Source: an uncultured virus (IMG/VR IMGVR_UViG_3300034062_004993) (Duplodnaviria > Heunggongvirae > Uroviricota > Caudoviricetes). From it: a stretch of DNA of 54,786 nt. The stretch lies in IMG/VR virus record IMGVR_UViG_3300034062_004993, one strand, 5' to 3'. The notes under the pieces are model-generated. The model did not search any database, was not told the DNA's origin, and saw only the letters and a program-made list of their open reading frames with translations. Both the position numbers and the translations under genes were made by a program. Of this stretch, positions 11,317 to 22,367 are shown piece by piece; position 1 is the first letter of the stretch, and every line of letters starts with the position of its first letter.

Positions 11317-12318
11317 TTATATATCAAATGGGGTATAACTAAAAGTTATATTTAGTACCGATGGACATTTCGTATTTATGATAGATTTTATATTTACCTC
11401 AAATGTATCCAAAGATTGGAATTTTATTATTTCACCACCATAAACAAAATTTAATTTACCGCATTTTTCTAATATATCAACCTTATTAAAAATTAAGTTG
11501 GTTACACCATTTATATTAATTGCTTTAATAAGTAAATCGATATCCAACCAATTTACTTGTCTACCCCTACCAGTGGTAGCACCATATTCATCCCCTAATT
11601 CTCTTATTTTGATAAATATTTCATCATCACCCTCAAAGTTTTTAGCACCTACATAAGTTCTATATGCTTTTGCTATACCATAAACCTTTCTAATCTTTTG
11701 TGGTGGAACTCCATTCAATAAAGCAGAACCAACCGTACAATGCGATGATGTTACATATGGGTAATCTCCCCAATCAATATCTAACTCGAATCCCTGCGCA
11801 CCCTCAAATAAAATTTTAGATGGGTCTGAATTATGTAGTTCTTCGTAGATATCAATTATATATTTAGAATGTAATTTATCCCCAGCTCTAATTCCCCTCC
11901 TTGCATATTTATCCCTATACGCAGGCCCATTACCTGTTTTGGTTGTTCCGATGTGAGTATCTTTACTATCCTCCATCAGGTGTTCCGGCTGAATTAAATG
12001 AACTCTTTTATCAATATGAAGATAATCCGAAACATTAATACCATTATCTTCTAACTCTTTCCACTCTTTACATAAATCTATAAAATTAACTACACAACCA
12101 GGACCTATAATTGATTTTATTCCATAAAATACACCGACGGGTATGTAGTGGGTTACAAATTTTTTCCCTTTATGATAAACAGTATGACCGGCGTTTCCAC
12201 CACCATTGTATCTAATTACATGAGTATATTCACCGCTCTTACAAAGTGAATGTGCAACCTTACCTTTACCAGTATCACCTGCTTGTAAATCTACAATTAC
12301 ATCAGCGTATTTTATCAT
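11317..12318 (-). CDS. purA: Adenylosuccinate synthetase (short form)
   Basis: GDTGKGK, GGGNAGHT, GTTKTGNGPAY, FEGAQG, YPYVTSS, GATTGR; probable start at MIKYAD. Confidence 0.9.
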   Translation of the reverse strand: MIKYADVIVDLQAGDTGKGKVAHSLCKSGEYTHVIRYNGGGNAGHTVYHKGKKFVTHYIPVGVFYGIKSIIGPGCVVNFIDLCKEWKELEDNGINVSDYLHIDKRVHLIQPEHLMEDSKDTHIGTTKTGNGPAYRDKYARRGIRAGDKLHSKYIIDIYEELHNSDPSKILFEGAQGFELDIDWGDYPYVTSSHCTVGSALLNGVPPQKIRKVYGIAKAYRTYVGAKNFEGDDEIFIKIRELGDEYGATTGRGRQVNWLDIDLLIKAININGVTNLIFNKVDILEKCGKLNFVYGGEIIKFQSLDTFEVNIKSIINTKCPSVLNITFSYTPFDI

Positions 12319-12363
12319 ACATAACTTATTTAAAAAATAACCCAAGGGCGCGGGTTACATAAC

Positions 12364-12780
12364 TTATTTAATTTTTAAACTTTTTGGTTTTGATTCTTCA
12401 GCGAATGGTATTACAATTTTAAGTAACCCATTGTGCATTGTTGCATCGGCTGAATTCAAATCATACTTTCGGGCAACTTTATATCCCAAATTAAAGGAAC
12501 GTTTTGATATACCTTTATGAATATAATTTACCTCACTATTGGTTTCTTCTTTTTTAGAATGAGAAATCCTTAATAGGTCTCCCTCAATATTGATATTAAT
12601 ATCTTCTTTGGTTAGACCTGTTCCTGCTACCTCAAAACATAAACCATCTTTGGTTTCATAGATATCTACGGGATGTCCGATTTTTACATCCATAGCGGGA
12701 GCGAAATACGAATCGGTTGTGAAAAAGTTTTTCACCAAAATATCAAATGGTGAAAATGGAAATTCTTTGATGTGTGTCAT
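12364..12780 (-). CDS. Small heat shock protein (Hsp20/alpha-crystallin)
   Basis: PVDIYET, YIHKGISKRSF, ADATMHNGLLKI. Confidence 0.92.
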   Translation of the reverse strand: MTHIKEFPFSPFDILVKNFFTTDSYFAPAMDVKIGHPVDIYETKDGLCFEVAGTGLTKEDININIEGDLLRISHSKKEETNSEVNYIHKGISKRSFNLGYKVARKYDLNSADATMHNGLLKIVIPFAEESKPKSLKIK

Positions 12781-12913
12781 AATAGTCCTTAAATCTATTT
12801 TAATTGTTAAACATAATTTTAATTTTGACCCCTTTCGGTAGTCGGTTGCGCCCTTAGGTTATATTTTATATTTATTACAAATATTATACCAACTATGGTT
12901 GGTTGACAAATTG

Positions 12914-14694
12914 TCAGTTTAAAGACATTGGTGGTATTTGTCCAATGATAATATATGTATTGTAAGTAGTTTTTTTAACTTTACTGCTGGTTAAATATTT
13001 CAATATAAAACCATCAAGCCATAATTTATTAAGAGCCTGTTGTAATGAAAATTCTTCTGAATTAGATTCAATATGAATTAATTTCAATACCGTATCAGAA
13101 ACAGGGTTGGTTTCCATATGATGATTAATAGCACCAAAGGATGATTTATTCGCACCCTCTAATTCAGATTCAATATCTTCATCATCACCTAACTTATCAA
13201 AAAACCCCGAATACATATCGGAAAAATAAATAAGTTTATCTCTTGCCGATAATCCTTTGTAAAAATCATATTCATTCTTATCCCAAAAAGATTCCAAATT
13301 TACATTATCCATACCTATAAATAGTTAATTTTTTTTGAATTCTTGGTTTAACCAAAATAAAACCTCTTTTGAAACGGCGGTATTTTCTTCTGTTATATAT
13401 TCATCCAAAATCCAAGTAACTTCTTCTAATACCGAATTATTATTGTAATAAGTTTTATTTAGAATTAATTGTAATTTATCTCGCATTTGTTTTTTATACA
13501 AATCATCAATAATTACATCAGTTTTAAAAAACTTTTTTTTAAGATTCTTTTTTATTAAAGTAAAATATGGTTCTTTTTTATTTTTTAAAATCTCACAACA
13601 ATTTTCAATATATTCTGAAAAAGATACATCTTTATTAATTAATAAAGGTTCTTCGTTGGTTAGGTTTAATGCACCCGTAATGTTTTTTTCAGATATTTCA
13701 AACCCATCCTCATCAAATTGACCGTATCCACCAAACAATGCCTTTTTTATTTTATCAAATTCGGTTGTTGCTTGGATTGAGCCGGTAATATACATTTTAC
13801 TAATTAAAAATATTTAACCTAAATTTTTTATCAACTGTATGTAATGCGTCTTGAAGAGTTTCAATAATTTTTTCTGCTTCCGCTTTTGTAACCACCATTT
13901 CAGCATTACCTATCTTTAAACTACCGATTTCGGTAAATGGTTTTACAGGATAATCCGATGGTTTTAATTCAGGATTTAATTGTAAATCAATACCCGAAAA
14001 ATTCTTTCCAGCATATTTTTGAAATTTGGCTTCTTGCTTTTGAGTTACACCAAAAGAATTATTTACAAAATTTTTAATTGGTGCGTTTTTATATTTACTA
14101 CTCATAACTTAATTGGTTTAATTGTTATACAGTAATAAATACAAAAAAATAATTAATTATTATGTTTTTTTAATCCTTTTATTTCGATTTGAAACTCTAC
14201 CAAATTTGACTTCATCAAAATCCATAATCATTTTATCGGGGTGGGTTCTATTGATATTTTGAGTTGTCTTAATAGACTCGTTTGCCCAAAACCACGCCCT
14301 TTCTAATGTTTTTTGTGGGGGTATAAAATTTTCTTCACCAATATACCCATCCACGCCATTATAAATTCTATAAAGACCCTCAGTTGTAATTACCGATTTT
14401 GCTTTTGGATATTTTTTTAGAATCCGTTTTTTAATTCTATCGGTAGCTGAATTAGCCGATACTATCTTCTTTACTTTCTGATTGCTTTTCATTGAAAATT
14501 TGGGTTAATCGTTTATTAATTAAAAAACCATTTGCTATTTCTTTGTTTAATGAACAATTTTCTATTAATCTACCATCTTCAAGTTTTACATCGTAGGCGT
14601 TACTGTTCTTAATTTTATTTTTTGAAACTATTTTACCTACCCGAAAATCTTTGTAAACGGCTACTACTACAATATCACCTATACCATACACCAT
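12914..14694 (-). other. Five small hypothetical CDS (12914-13312, 13325-13795, 13800-14105, 14160-14492, 14452-14694)
   Basis: Tightly packed ORFs; no recognised motifs. Confidence 0.6.
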
Positions 14695-14696
14695 AA

Positions 14697-14900
14697 TTAG
14701 TTTCCGATTACATTTAAGATTTTTGTTTGTGTAACGGAACTAACTTCAAATTCCAATGGAGAGCTTTGTAGAAAAGCTGTGATATGGGCTTCTGCATCAG
14801 TAACCGATACTGCTTTTACCAAATACTGTTCAGTATTCTTTTTAATTTTACCATTACCATTGTCGGTTTCGACTTTTACTTTTACTAAATAATACATCAT
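14697..14900 (-). CDS. DUF4494-like protein
   Basis: KKNTEQYLVKAVSVTDAEA resembles Bacteroidota DUF4494. Confidence 0.65.
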   Translation of the reverse strand: MMYYLVKVKVETDNGNGKIKKNTEQYLVKAVSVTDAEAHITAFLQSSPLEFEVSSVTQTKILNVIGN

Positions 14901-14904
14901 AATT

Positions 14905-15180
14905 TTATTTTTTTAAATTGTTTACAACTTTTTCACATGCTTTTACGAAGTTTTCTTTTCCCCATTTACCTAATTGAGTGTGGTGAGAATGTGATATTGA
15001 ATCTCCACTAACAGCAGAAGATATATAAGCAAATCTTTTTAACTTATAGCCTGATAGTGGGGATGAAAACTGCTTTAAGTATTCGGCTTTACTATCCAAG
15101 TATTCAAAAAAATCATCCTTTGATAAAGAATCAATTTCTTGATTTGTTAGCGGTTTATTTGGGTTATATATCATATACAA
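14905..15180 (-). CDS. Hypothetical protein
   Basis: ORF; start uncertain. Confidence 0.5.
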   Translation of the reverse strand: MYMIYNPNKPLTNQEIDSLSKDDFFEYLDSKAEYLKQFSSPLSGYKLKRFAYISSAVSGDSISHSHHTQLGKWGKENFVKACEKVVNNLKK

Positions 15181-15250
15181 ATATACAAAATTATTTTGTA
15201 AATTCCAAGTTTTATGTATTTAAATTTGATAATAATGTTTACCACAATGT

Positions 15251-15574
15251 TTAGTGTTTAGTTTCTTCAATTAGTTCTCCGTCTTTCCAATGACGGGTTT
15301 TGGTAATGTTTCCCTGTTCATCAAATTCCTCCTCAATTCCATCCGCCTTACCTTCTTTGTATGGGGTTCTCCAATGGATTTTTCCGTTTTCATAGAACAT
15401 TTCCTCAATTCCATCCTTCTTATCCTCTTTGTATGAGGTTCTCCATCGAATGTTTCCGTCCGCATAGAACCACTCCCAAATACCTTCTTGTTGCTCTTTT
15501 GAGTTTAGTTGTCCTTTGACCCATATATTTCCGTTGTCATAGTATTCAATGTAGGGTGTGAGTTTGTTTTTCAT
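15251..15574 (-). CDS. MORN/YwqK-like repeat protein
   Basis: YxNGNI..KxDGIEExF repeats; start at MKNKLTP. Confidence 0.8.
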   Translation of the reverse strand: MKNKLTPYIEYYDNGNIWVKGQLNSKEQQEGIWEWFYADGNIRWRTSYKEDKKDGIEEMFYENGKIHWRTPYKEGKADGIEEEFDEQGNITKTRHWKDGELIEETKH

Positions 15575-15578
15575 AGGT

Positions 15579-16373
15579 TTAGTGTTCAGTTGTTTCAATT
15601 AGTTCTCCATTTTTCCATAGAGTGGTTTCTACGATGTTTCCTTGTTCATCAAATTCCTCCACAATTCCATCTATCTTACCCTCTTTGTAAGGGGTTCTCC
15701 ATTTGATATTTCCGTTTTCACCAAAAACCTCCTCAATGCCATCCTCCTTATCCTCTTTGAATGGGATTCTCAATCTGATGTTTCCGTTAAAATCGAACAA
15801 CTCCCAAAGACCTTCTTCTTGTCCTTTGGAGTTCTTTTGTCCTTTGATATACACATTCCCGTTGCGGTGATATTCAATGTGGGGTGTGAGTTCGGGTTCA
15901 GTTGTTTCAATTATTTCTCCATCTTTCCATAGATAGGTTTCGATGATGTACCCTTGTTCATCAAACCACTCCTCAATACCATCTATCTTACCCCGTTTGT
16001 ATGGGGTTCTCCGTTGGATGTTTCCGTATTTATAGAAGAACTCCTGAATTCCATCCTCCTTACCTCCTTTGTAAGGGGTTCTCCAATGGATGTTTCCGTT
16101 TGTATAGAAATACTCCCAAAGACCTTCTTCTTGTCCACTGGAGTTCTTTTGACCTTTAACCTGTACATTTCCGTTGGGGTGGTATTTAATGTGGGGTGTG
16201 AGTTCTGCATTTTCCGACTTGGATTGAATGTTTGTGTAAATATCGAAAATCTCGTCTATGGTGTATAGTTTGTTTTTGTAAAAACGACAAACACCTGCTG
16301 TGTGCTTTGCTTCGTCTGTGTGGATTAATACCCACCTTGCGAATTTAACTTGCTCGTTCATTTTGTTTTTCAT
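15579..16373 (-). CDS. MORN/YwqK-like repeat protein (two modules)
   Basis: Two ELTPHI..NGNV..WKxGE modules. Confidence 0.85.
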   Translation of the reverse strand: MKNKMNEQVKFARWVLIHTDEAKHTAGVCRFYKNKLYTIDEIFDIYTNIQSKSENAELTPHIKYHPNGNVQVKGQKNSSGQEEGLWEYFYTNGNIHWRTPYKGGKEDGIQEFFYKYGNIQRRTPYKRGKIDGIEEWFDEQGYIIETYLWKDGEIIETTEPELTPHIEYHRNGNVYIKGQKNSKGQEEGLWELFDFNGNIRLRIPFKEDKEDGIEEVFGENGNIKWRTPYKEGKIDGIVEEFDEQGNIVETTLWKNGELIETTEH

Positions 16374-16383
16374 AGTGTAAAGT

Positions 16384-17034
16384 TTAGTAAATGTATTGAC
16401 CGACCCATTGTGTTAGGCCATCTGAGGTGGTGGTCTTTCTTTTAAAAATTCTAACCGCGTTGTCTCCAAATTGCTCATAACTATCTATTGCAGTGCACTC
16501 AAAAGCAACAGGTGTCTTTGGTTGTTGGAGGGATTGGATTAACTCTCCATAAAACTTATAAAACTTTACTGCATACTCACCTGAAGTTATTTTTCTATTT
16601 TCTTCTGAAAAAATGATAGCTTTGTGTATGGCAGTTTTAAGTTGTTCCTCTGTGTACTTGTACTTCTCTTTGGCTTTGTTGTAGCCTACAATAAATGATG
16701 AAACCTCATAATCAGTAACTCCAACTTTTTTATATGAACTTTTAAATTCCTCAGCCAACTTCACAACATCATCTTCAAGTGGTGGTAGTAAGTCAACACC
16801 TTCAAGAACAGGTGAGTTGTTGAGTGGTAAATGGGATATGATTTTCTTACAATAGTCCATGTGTATTTGGCCGTTGCCTTCAAATAGGAATTGTTCGTTG
16901 TAGTAATCATTGACTTTCCTTATGTCTAACACTTCCAATTCAGAGCAGTCAACAAGCACTGTGTCTCCAATAGCAATCTCTGAATCATCTACCACCAATA
17001 GGTAGTTGTCTGTTTTAATGATGCTGTGTGTCAT
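16384..17034 (-). CDS. Hypothetical protein
   Basis: 216 aa ORF. Confidence 0.7.
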   Translation of the reverse strand: MTHSIIKTDNYLLVVDDSEIAIGDTVLVDCSELEVLDIRKVNDYYNEQFLFEGNGQIHMDYCKKIISHLPLNNSPVLEGVDLLPPLEDDVVKLAEEFKSSYKKVGVTDYEVSSFIVGYNKAKEKYKYTEEQLKTAIHKAIIFSEENRKITSGEYAVKFYKFYGELIQSLQQPKTPVAFECTAIDSYEQFGDNAVRIFKRKTTTSDGLTQWVGQYIY

Positions 17035-17039
17035 AACTT

Positions 17040-17466
17040 TTATTTTTTAAGTTCCAAACTTTTTTGATAATAATAATTATAAAGTTCTTCTAAATTCATT
17101 GGCTCTTCATTCATCATTTCATTCCACATATCAATCCCAAACTTTTTTTGTAGTTCATTCCTAAGAGAATTCAATATACGCATTTCATCTAACTCACCCT
17201 CAAACTCAAGCTTTAAAGCACGAACCCTATCCATTCTACTCGCATCCCGTGCTATTTCTAATCTATCTGAATTAGAATCACCCCCATATTTTTTATAGGC
17301 GAGCTCGTAAGCACGATTTGCTTTTTTTCTGGCTTCAAATGCTTGAAGAAAAAATTCCGATAAATCGAAATCACCATTTTGTATTTTATCAAAAAGATGG
17401 GAGTTAAAAGAAAGGGGCCGTTTTTTCGGCCCCCGTCTCCACCACTTAAACTTATTATAACCCATA
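17040..17466 (-). CDS. Hypothetical protein
   Basis: Likely start MGYNKFKWW just after AAA gene stop. Confidence 0.6.
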
Positions 17467-17472
17467 CTAATT

Positions 17473-18756
17473 TTAGAAAGGGTTTTGTACCGGAGTAGCT
17501 TCTTCAGTATTAAAGAGGTTTTCTTCACCTACCTTAATAAACTTTTGAACATACTGCTTCATAAACACACGCTCCGATTGAGCACCACCCGTATTATCAA
17601 AGAAGGGATAGATAGCAATTTCAGCAGCCTCCTGCAAATTAAACCCATCATACAACAGCGAACCAATCTCCACCGCAGTTCGGGTAGATAATGAGTTGGT
17701 CAACTTCGGCGATTCGGATTTAACCTCATCACGAGTCATTGAAGTAATTTCGGCTACACTATCAATCAAAGATTTTGATACAGATGGATACATCATAGAG
17801 AGCAATTCAGCCTCTTCATCTTTTGTGAGAGATTCCATCTCAATCACCGTAAATCGGTCAAGTATCGCACGGTCAAGCAATCGTGTCGCTGTATATTCAT
17901 TACCAATATTAGCGGAAGCGATAAACGAAACACCATCAGCCACATTGATAGTGGGTGAATCAGCGGCTTCATCAAGTCGGAGATAGCGTTGACCCGGATC
18001 GAGAACAGTCATTAGAATGTTCCATGCTTCGGGGTGAGCCCTCGTAATCTCGTCAAGTACCACCACAGTGTTTGGTGTTTGGATTGCTTTTACAAATGGT
18101 GATTGATTAAACACCGTACCTTTAGTGGTATCAAATTGAGTATTACCAATCAAAGTGCTGCGAGGGTCTTGGGTAGCTCCCAAGTTGATGATAAAGGTAT
18201 TGTAACCATCAATAGAACTAGCCGCTGCTTTAGCCGCCATAGTCTTACCACAACCAGCCGCACCTGTCATCATAATGTTCTTACCACGAAGAATATTTCG
18301 AACCAAATATTTCCACTTTAATTCCGGCATAAACAACATCTTTGGTTTTAAGGATGCCGCCTCATTGTGGATGAAGTTCAAAACATTTTCAGGCATAACA
18401 ACCGGCGCAACTGCTGCCGGAGTATTAACCACCGGAGGAGCGGTAGATACAACATCCATAGAATATTGGGCCAACCCACCATTTGGTTTATTGAAATTTA
18501 AGACCGGAGAATTATCGGTAACTTTTGAAGCGGGAACACGCCCAAAACAAAGTTGACCGGATGTAAACGAACCCTTTACCCTAACTTTGAAACGAAATTT
18601 ATCAGGGTTTTTAGCGGCCTGTTTTGCCCTACGATTGAGCGAACTGCCTGGCTCATTAAGAGCAGGGATGTTGAACATGACCCCAGCGGAGTCTTTGAAC
18701 AATAGTACACCATTGCTTTCAACGATAGTACCGAAAACGAATCTTTGATTTTTCAT
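17473..18756 (-). CDS. MoxR/CbbQ/CobS-type AAA+ ATPase
   Basis: Walker A GAAGCGKT, Walker B VVLDEITR, LDRAILDRF, STR. Confidence 0.9.
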   Translation of the reverse strand: MKNQRFVFGTIVESNGVLLFKDSAGVMFNIPALNEPGSSLNRRAKQAAKNPDKFRFKVRVKGSFTSGQLCFGRVPASKVTDNSPVLNFNKPNGGLAQYSMDVVSTAPPVVNTPAAVAPVVMPENVLNFIHNEAASLKPKMLFMPELKWKYLVRNILRGKNIMMTGAAGCGKTMAAKAAASSIDGYNTFIINLGATQDPRSTLIGNTQFDTTKGTVFNQSPFVKAIQTPNTVVVLDEITRAHPEAWNILMTVLDPGQRYLRLDEAADSPTINVADGVSFIASANIGNEYTATRLLDRAILDRFTVIEMESLTKDEEAELLSMMYPSVSKSLIDSVAEITSMTRDEVKSESPKLTNSLSTRTAVEIGSLLYDGFNLQEAAEIAIYPFFDNTGGAQSERVFMKQYVQKFIKVGEENLFNTEEATPVQNPF

Positions 18757-18884
18757 AATAATTTGATTTGGGGGTTAAGGGGTTTAAGTTACAAAGTAAA
18801 GATAAGGAAGAAATAGCAAATATCCAAGCTTTTTATGTTAAATTATCGTTAAATTTATCCACATTTTGGGGTAAAGTGTCCATT

Positions 18885-21026
18885 TTATTGGACACCTACC
18901 TCAAATTTAGCATTCAGGGTTTTGGCCAGGTCAATTACTTCGGTCACATTCACGAACCTGGCATCCTTACCATACATTTCAGAAAACACATCCATATTAT
19001 AATCACCACCGCCCGAAGATACATAGTAGGATAAAACACTAACACCACCCATCTTCATTTTATTTATTTGGGCGGCGGTATGTTTAATAGCATCATTACC
19101 ACCGTAATTTATATCTTTATTATGGAACTGAGGCATCCCGTCGGAAAAGTTAATCAGATATTTTTCTGAGCCATCTTTGGTGTTCATAATCTCATTCATA
19201 ATAGCCTCATAACACAACCCTTCGGGAGTAGTACCATTTGGAACAATGTGGCCGAATAAATTCTTAATCTTTGAAAAATTATCTACACGACTATCATACG
19301 CAATTACGATAAGTGGTATATCATGATTTGATTCATAAGTGCTTCGGTAACTAATAACCACATTAATGTTTGAGGTCATTGAAGCCGCCTTAGCGATAGC
19401 AACCACAGCAGTTTGTGTTTTATTCCATTTAGAACCACCCATAGAACCACTAGCATCAATTGAAATATGAAGGGTAACGGGTTTTACCGAATTGGATTGA
19501 ATTTTATCAAAAATATTAAAATTACCAAACCCAATCTCATGCAACATTCGGGAGGATATTTTACCCGATTTAAGGCGGGGAGTAACCAAACTACGATTCT
19601 CATCACGCGTCTTTAGCTTTTTACCAAGCAACATACCCAAAGAAATACCATCATTAATATTTTTCTGAAGGTAACTAATGTTACCCTCATAATTTGTGGT
19701 AATACCAAACACAGAGGATTCAATTAATTGTTTTGTAAGTTTTTTAACAACATAACAATTTGTTTTCATAACCCTACCATAACCATCTAAAGCGGAAACA
19801 CTCTTTAAGTCAATGTTTGATTCCTCCAAAGCGTTTACATTATTGGAATCACCTTTACTCATTTTCTTTTTAGAGATATCACCTCGTATAAAATCTTTTT
19901 GCTTTTTGATAGCCTTATCAAGCTTATTTTTATTGGTAGGAGTAAGTTTATCATCACCACCCGAAGTAGGTTTACCACCATCCGGTGAATGGTCTAAATT
20001 ACCATCACCACTATCAATATCTGAATCACTATTTTCAGTAGAATCGGTATCACCATCACTATTAGAATCACCACTATCAGAATCACCACCACCAGCGGAA
20101 GAATTCATACTATCATCACCCGTTTGAGGAGAGTCAAAATCACCACTCATTGGCGATTGGCCCGATGATGAACCATCACCACTATCAGTATTTTCTGAAG
20201 CATCATTAGAAGAACCACCATTACCACCACTTTGTTTTTCAGCGGTAACAGCATCATAGATAGTTAAGAAAATATCCACCGCCAAATCCATACTATCTTC
20301 GGTCGTTTTCAACCTACCAATATTATTCAAGTCTAACAAATTCCAAATGATAGGAAAGGCTTTTAAAGCATCCATCCTACGATTTTTATTGGTAATATTA
20401 ATCAGGCGGAACATATAAGATTCCCAATCTTCTGAAGTGTATTCATCCGATTTTAGACCCTTATCAATAATACTATCATTAAAGTATTTGTCATACATAG
20501 TGTGATAATAACCACGATAACCGGGCGCCGAGTTATAAACATAACTATCAATCCGCCTATCCTCAACAATATTGAGAATATCTTTTAGGTAACTATCTTT
20601 AGCACGAACAATATCCTGTTCAATATCAGGATTACTATTAATCCTATTTTGGATTTTGGTTGGATTCGAAGAATTACTACTGAAATATTTTTGTAGTAAT
20701 GTAAAGTCGGTCAACTTAATATGCGAACCTTCATGAAGAGCCAAACCAACCGCTGGGTCAAATTCGGCATCATCAAGTTTGGATGAAATTACCACCGTAG
20801 TACCATCGGTATAGGATTGGTCGCCGTTTGAAAATTTGACAGGAATATGTTTACCCGTTACAATATTAACAAAATTACCAATAGCCCGTTTGTAGGAAGC
20901 CAACTTAATAAGGTCATTTTTATTATCAATAGCCTCACCACGAGCATTCACACGAACAGGTGCGAACAAAGATTTATCCAACCAGAAGTCGGAATAATAA
21001 GATTTATGATTTTTGTAGTGTTTCAT
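18885..21026 (-). CDS. vWA-domain protein with N-terminal HExxH domain (CobT-like)
   Basis: ALHEGSH, NIVEDRRID, acidic G/S/D linker, MIDAS DASGS..GTTP..SDG. Confidence 0.85.
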   Translation of the reverse strand: MKHYKNHKSYYSDFWLDKSLFAPVRVNARGEAIDNKNDLIKLASYKRAIGNFVNIVTGKHIPVKFSNGDQSYTDGTTVVISSKLDDAEFDPAVGLALHEGSHIKLTDFTLLQKYFSSNSSNPTKIQNRINSNPDIEQDIVRAKDSYLKDILNIVEDRRIDSYVYNSAPGYRGYYHTMYDKYFNDSIIDKGLKSDEYTSEDWESYMFRLINITNKNRRMDALKAFPIIWNLLDLNNIGRLKTTEDSMDLAVDIFLTIYDAVTAEKQSGGNGGSSNDASENTDSGDGSSSGQSPMSGDFDSPQTGDDSMNSSAGGGDSDSGDSNSDGDTDSTENSDSDIDSGDGNLDHSPDGGKPTSGGDDKLTPTNKNKLDKAIKKQKDFIRGDISKKKMSKGDSNNVNALEESNIDLKSVSALDGYGRVMKTNCYVVKKLTKQLIESSVFGITTNYEGNISYLQKNINDGISLGMLLGKKLKTRDENRSLVTPRLKSGKISSRMLHEIGFGNFNIFDKIQSNSVKPVTLHISIDASGSMGGSKWNKTQTAVVAIAKAASMTSNINVVISYRSTYESNHDIPLIVIAYDSRVDNFSKIKNLFGHIVPNGTTPEGLCYEAIMNEIMNTKDGSEKYLINFSDGMPQFHNKDINYGGNDAIKHTAAQINKMKMGGVSVLSYYVSSGGGDYNMDVFSEMYGKDARFVNVTEVIDLAKTLNAKFEVGVQ

Positions 21027-21377
21027 ATATTAGGGATTAACTTACAATGTAAAGATAAGAAAGAAATAGTAAATATCCAAGCTTTCTATGTTAAATTTGC
21101 GTTAAATCTTTTTTCCAAGATTTATCCTTTCTTGAATACGCCTTTAATGATGGGACAACCTGTTCTGTCATTTTTTTACCAATATGGTGTGCAGCATCCC
21201 CAGAAGTCCAATTTCCGTTGAAATCAAGTACTTTTTTATCTCTTTTGGTTTTACTCATATCAATAATTATTTAATACTTAAAGATAGTAATAAAAAAGCA
21301 AAATTCCAAGCTTTTTCCCTAAAAGTTATCCACATTTTAGGGTTAAAAAGTGTCCAATATATTGGACAGTTTGTAAA

Positions 21378-21821
21378 TTATCCGTTATAGATATCAAATC
21401 CACCCGAAGAATCGGGCGTTTGTTTTGGTGGGATTTTAAACCCATATTTAATTTTAACCCGCTCTGATATGGGTATAGGATTCCCCTCTTCATCAATTCT
21501 TACAAAGGTAATGTAGGTAGATACTACGGTGGTTTGCTTTCCAGTGTAAACATTATGGGCTCGGGCCTCAATATATAATTTAACTGATGTATTGCCTATA
21601 TTATGGACTTTACCATAAACCTTTAATAACTGCCCTTCTTTTGCAGGTTTTTTAAATAGACATTCTTCTATTTTAATAGTAACCACACGGGGTGTATCGC
21701 ATACCTGCATTGCATAGGCTGCGGCAGAAGCATCAATCCATGCCAATGCTTTTCCACCAAATAGATTTCCGTGAAATCCTAAATCTGATTTTTTGACGGG
21801 ATATGTATTAATTAACTCCAT
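21378..21821 (-). CDS. Acyl-CoA thioesterase (hotdog fold)
   Basis: HGNLFGGKALAWID, GNTSV, TFVRID..P. Confidence 0.88.
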   Translation of the reverse strand: MELINTYPVKKSDLGFHGNLFGGKALAWIDASAAAYAMQVCDTPRVVTIKIEECLFKKPAKEGQLLKVYGKVHNIGNTSVKLYIEARAHNVYTGKQTTVVSTYITFVRIDEEGNPIPISERVKIKYGFKIPPKQTPDSSGGFDIYNG

Positions 21822-22008
21822 CTGTTATTTCTTCAAATGGTATAGATACTATTTCTCTACAAAAATACAACATTCCATCTTTTTTAAATGCGTGAGAGCA
21901 GTTCCAATATTGCTTCACCCCATCCACATTCAACACACCATCCTCTCGTACGGCTCTATAAACTTGAAACATTGAATCATTAACATATATAACCTGTCCA
22001 ATATTCAT
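21808..22008 (-). CDS. Small hypothetical protein
   Basis: Likely start MNIGQVIY downstream of tRNA-Gly. Confidence 0.55.
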   Translation of the reverse strand: MNIGQVIYVNDSMFQVYRAVREDGVLNVDGVKQYWNCSHAFKKDGMLYFCREIVSIPFEEITDGVN

Positions 22009-22022
22009 TTTAAAAATTTTTG

Positions 22023-22093
22023 AGCGGGTAGATGGAATCGAACCACCTTCATAGGCTTGGAAAGCGAATGTAATACCAATATACGATACCCGC
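22023..22093 (-). tRNA. trnG: tRNA-Gly(TCC), weak anticodon stem
   Basis: GCGGGTA/TACCCGC acceptor, TTCGATT T-loop, loop TT-TCC-AA; two mismatches in anticodon stem. Confidence 0.7.
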
Positions 22094-22121
22094 AAGTTCC
22101 CCCAATTAAGGGGGGATTTGA

Positions 22122-22292
22122 TTACTGAGCAGCTTGAGTAGTGCTATCTACTGCAGGATACAACTCTTGAGTTGAATCAATTACAGAAGAATCTACTGGT
22201 TCAGCGGTTTGTTCGACCTGTTCAGCGTTATTGCTACATGATGTAAGTGATACAATCATAGCAATCATTGTTGAAAAAAAGATGTTTTTCAT
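22122..22292 (-). CDS. Small putative lipoprotein (56 aa, below ORF-track cutoff)
   Basis: MKNIFFSTMIAMIVSLTSC lipobox-like signal. Confidence 0.6.
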   Translation of the reverse strand: MKNIFFSTMIAMIVSLTSCSNNAEQVEQTAEPVDSSVIDSTQELYPAVDSTTQAAQ

Positions 22293-22367
22293 AATTAAAT
22301 TGGTTTAAATTTTACACAATATACGAAACTATTTTGATATTTCCAAATTTTTTACAAATAAATACAA

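Noticed and set aside
11317..12318. PurZ (Z-genome) enzyme
   Set aside because: Keeps the catalytic Asp (GDTGKG) and GATTGR of PurA; PurZ has Ser there. The HD protein nearby is not enough evidence.
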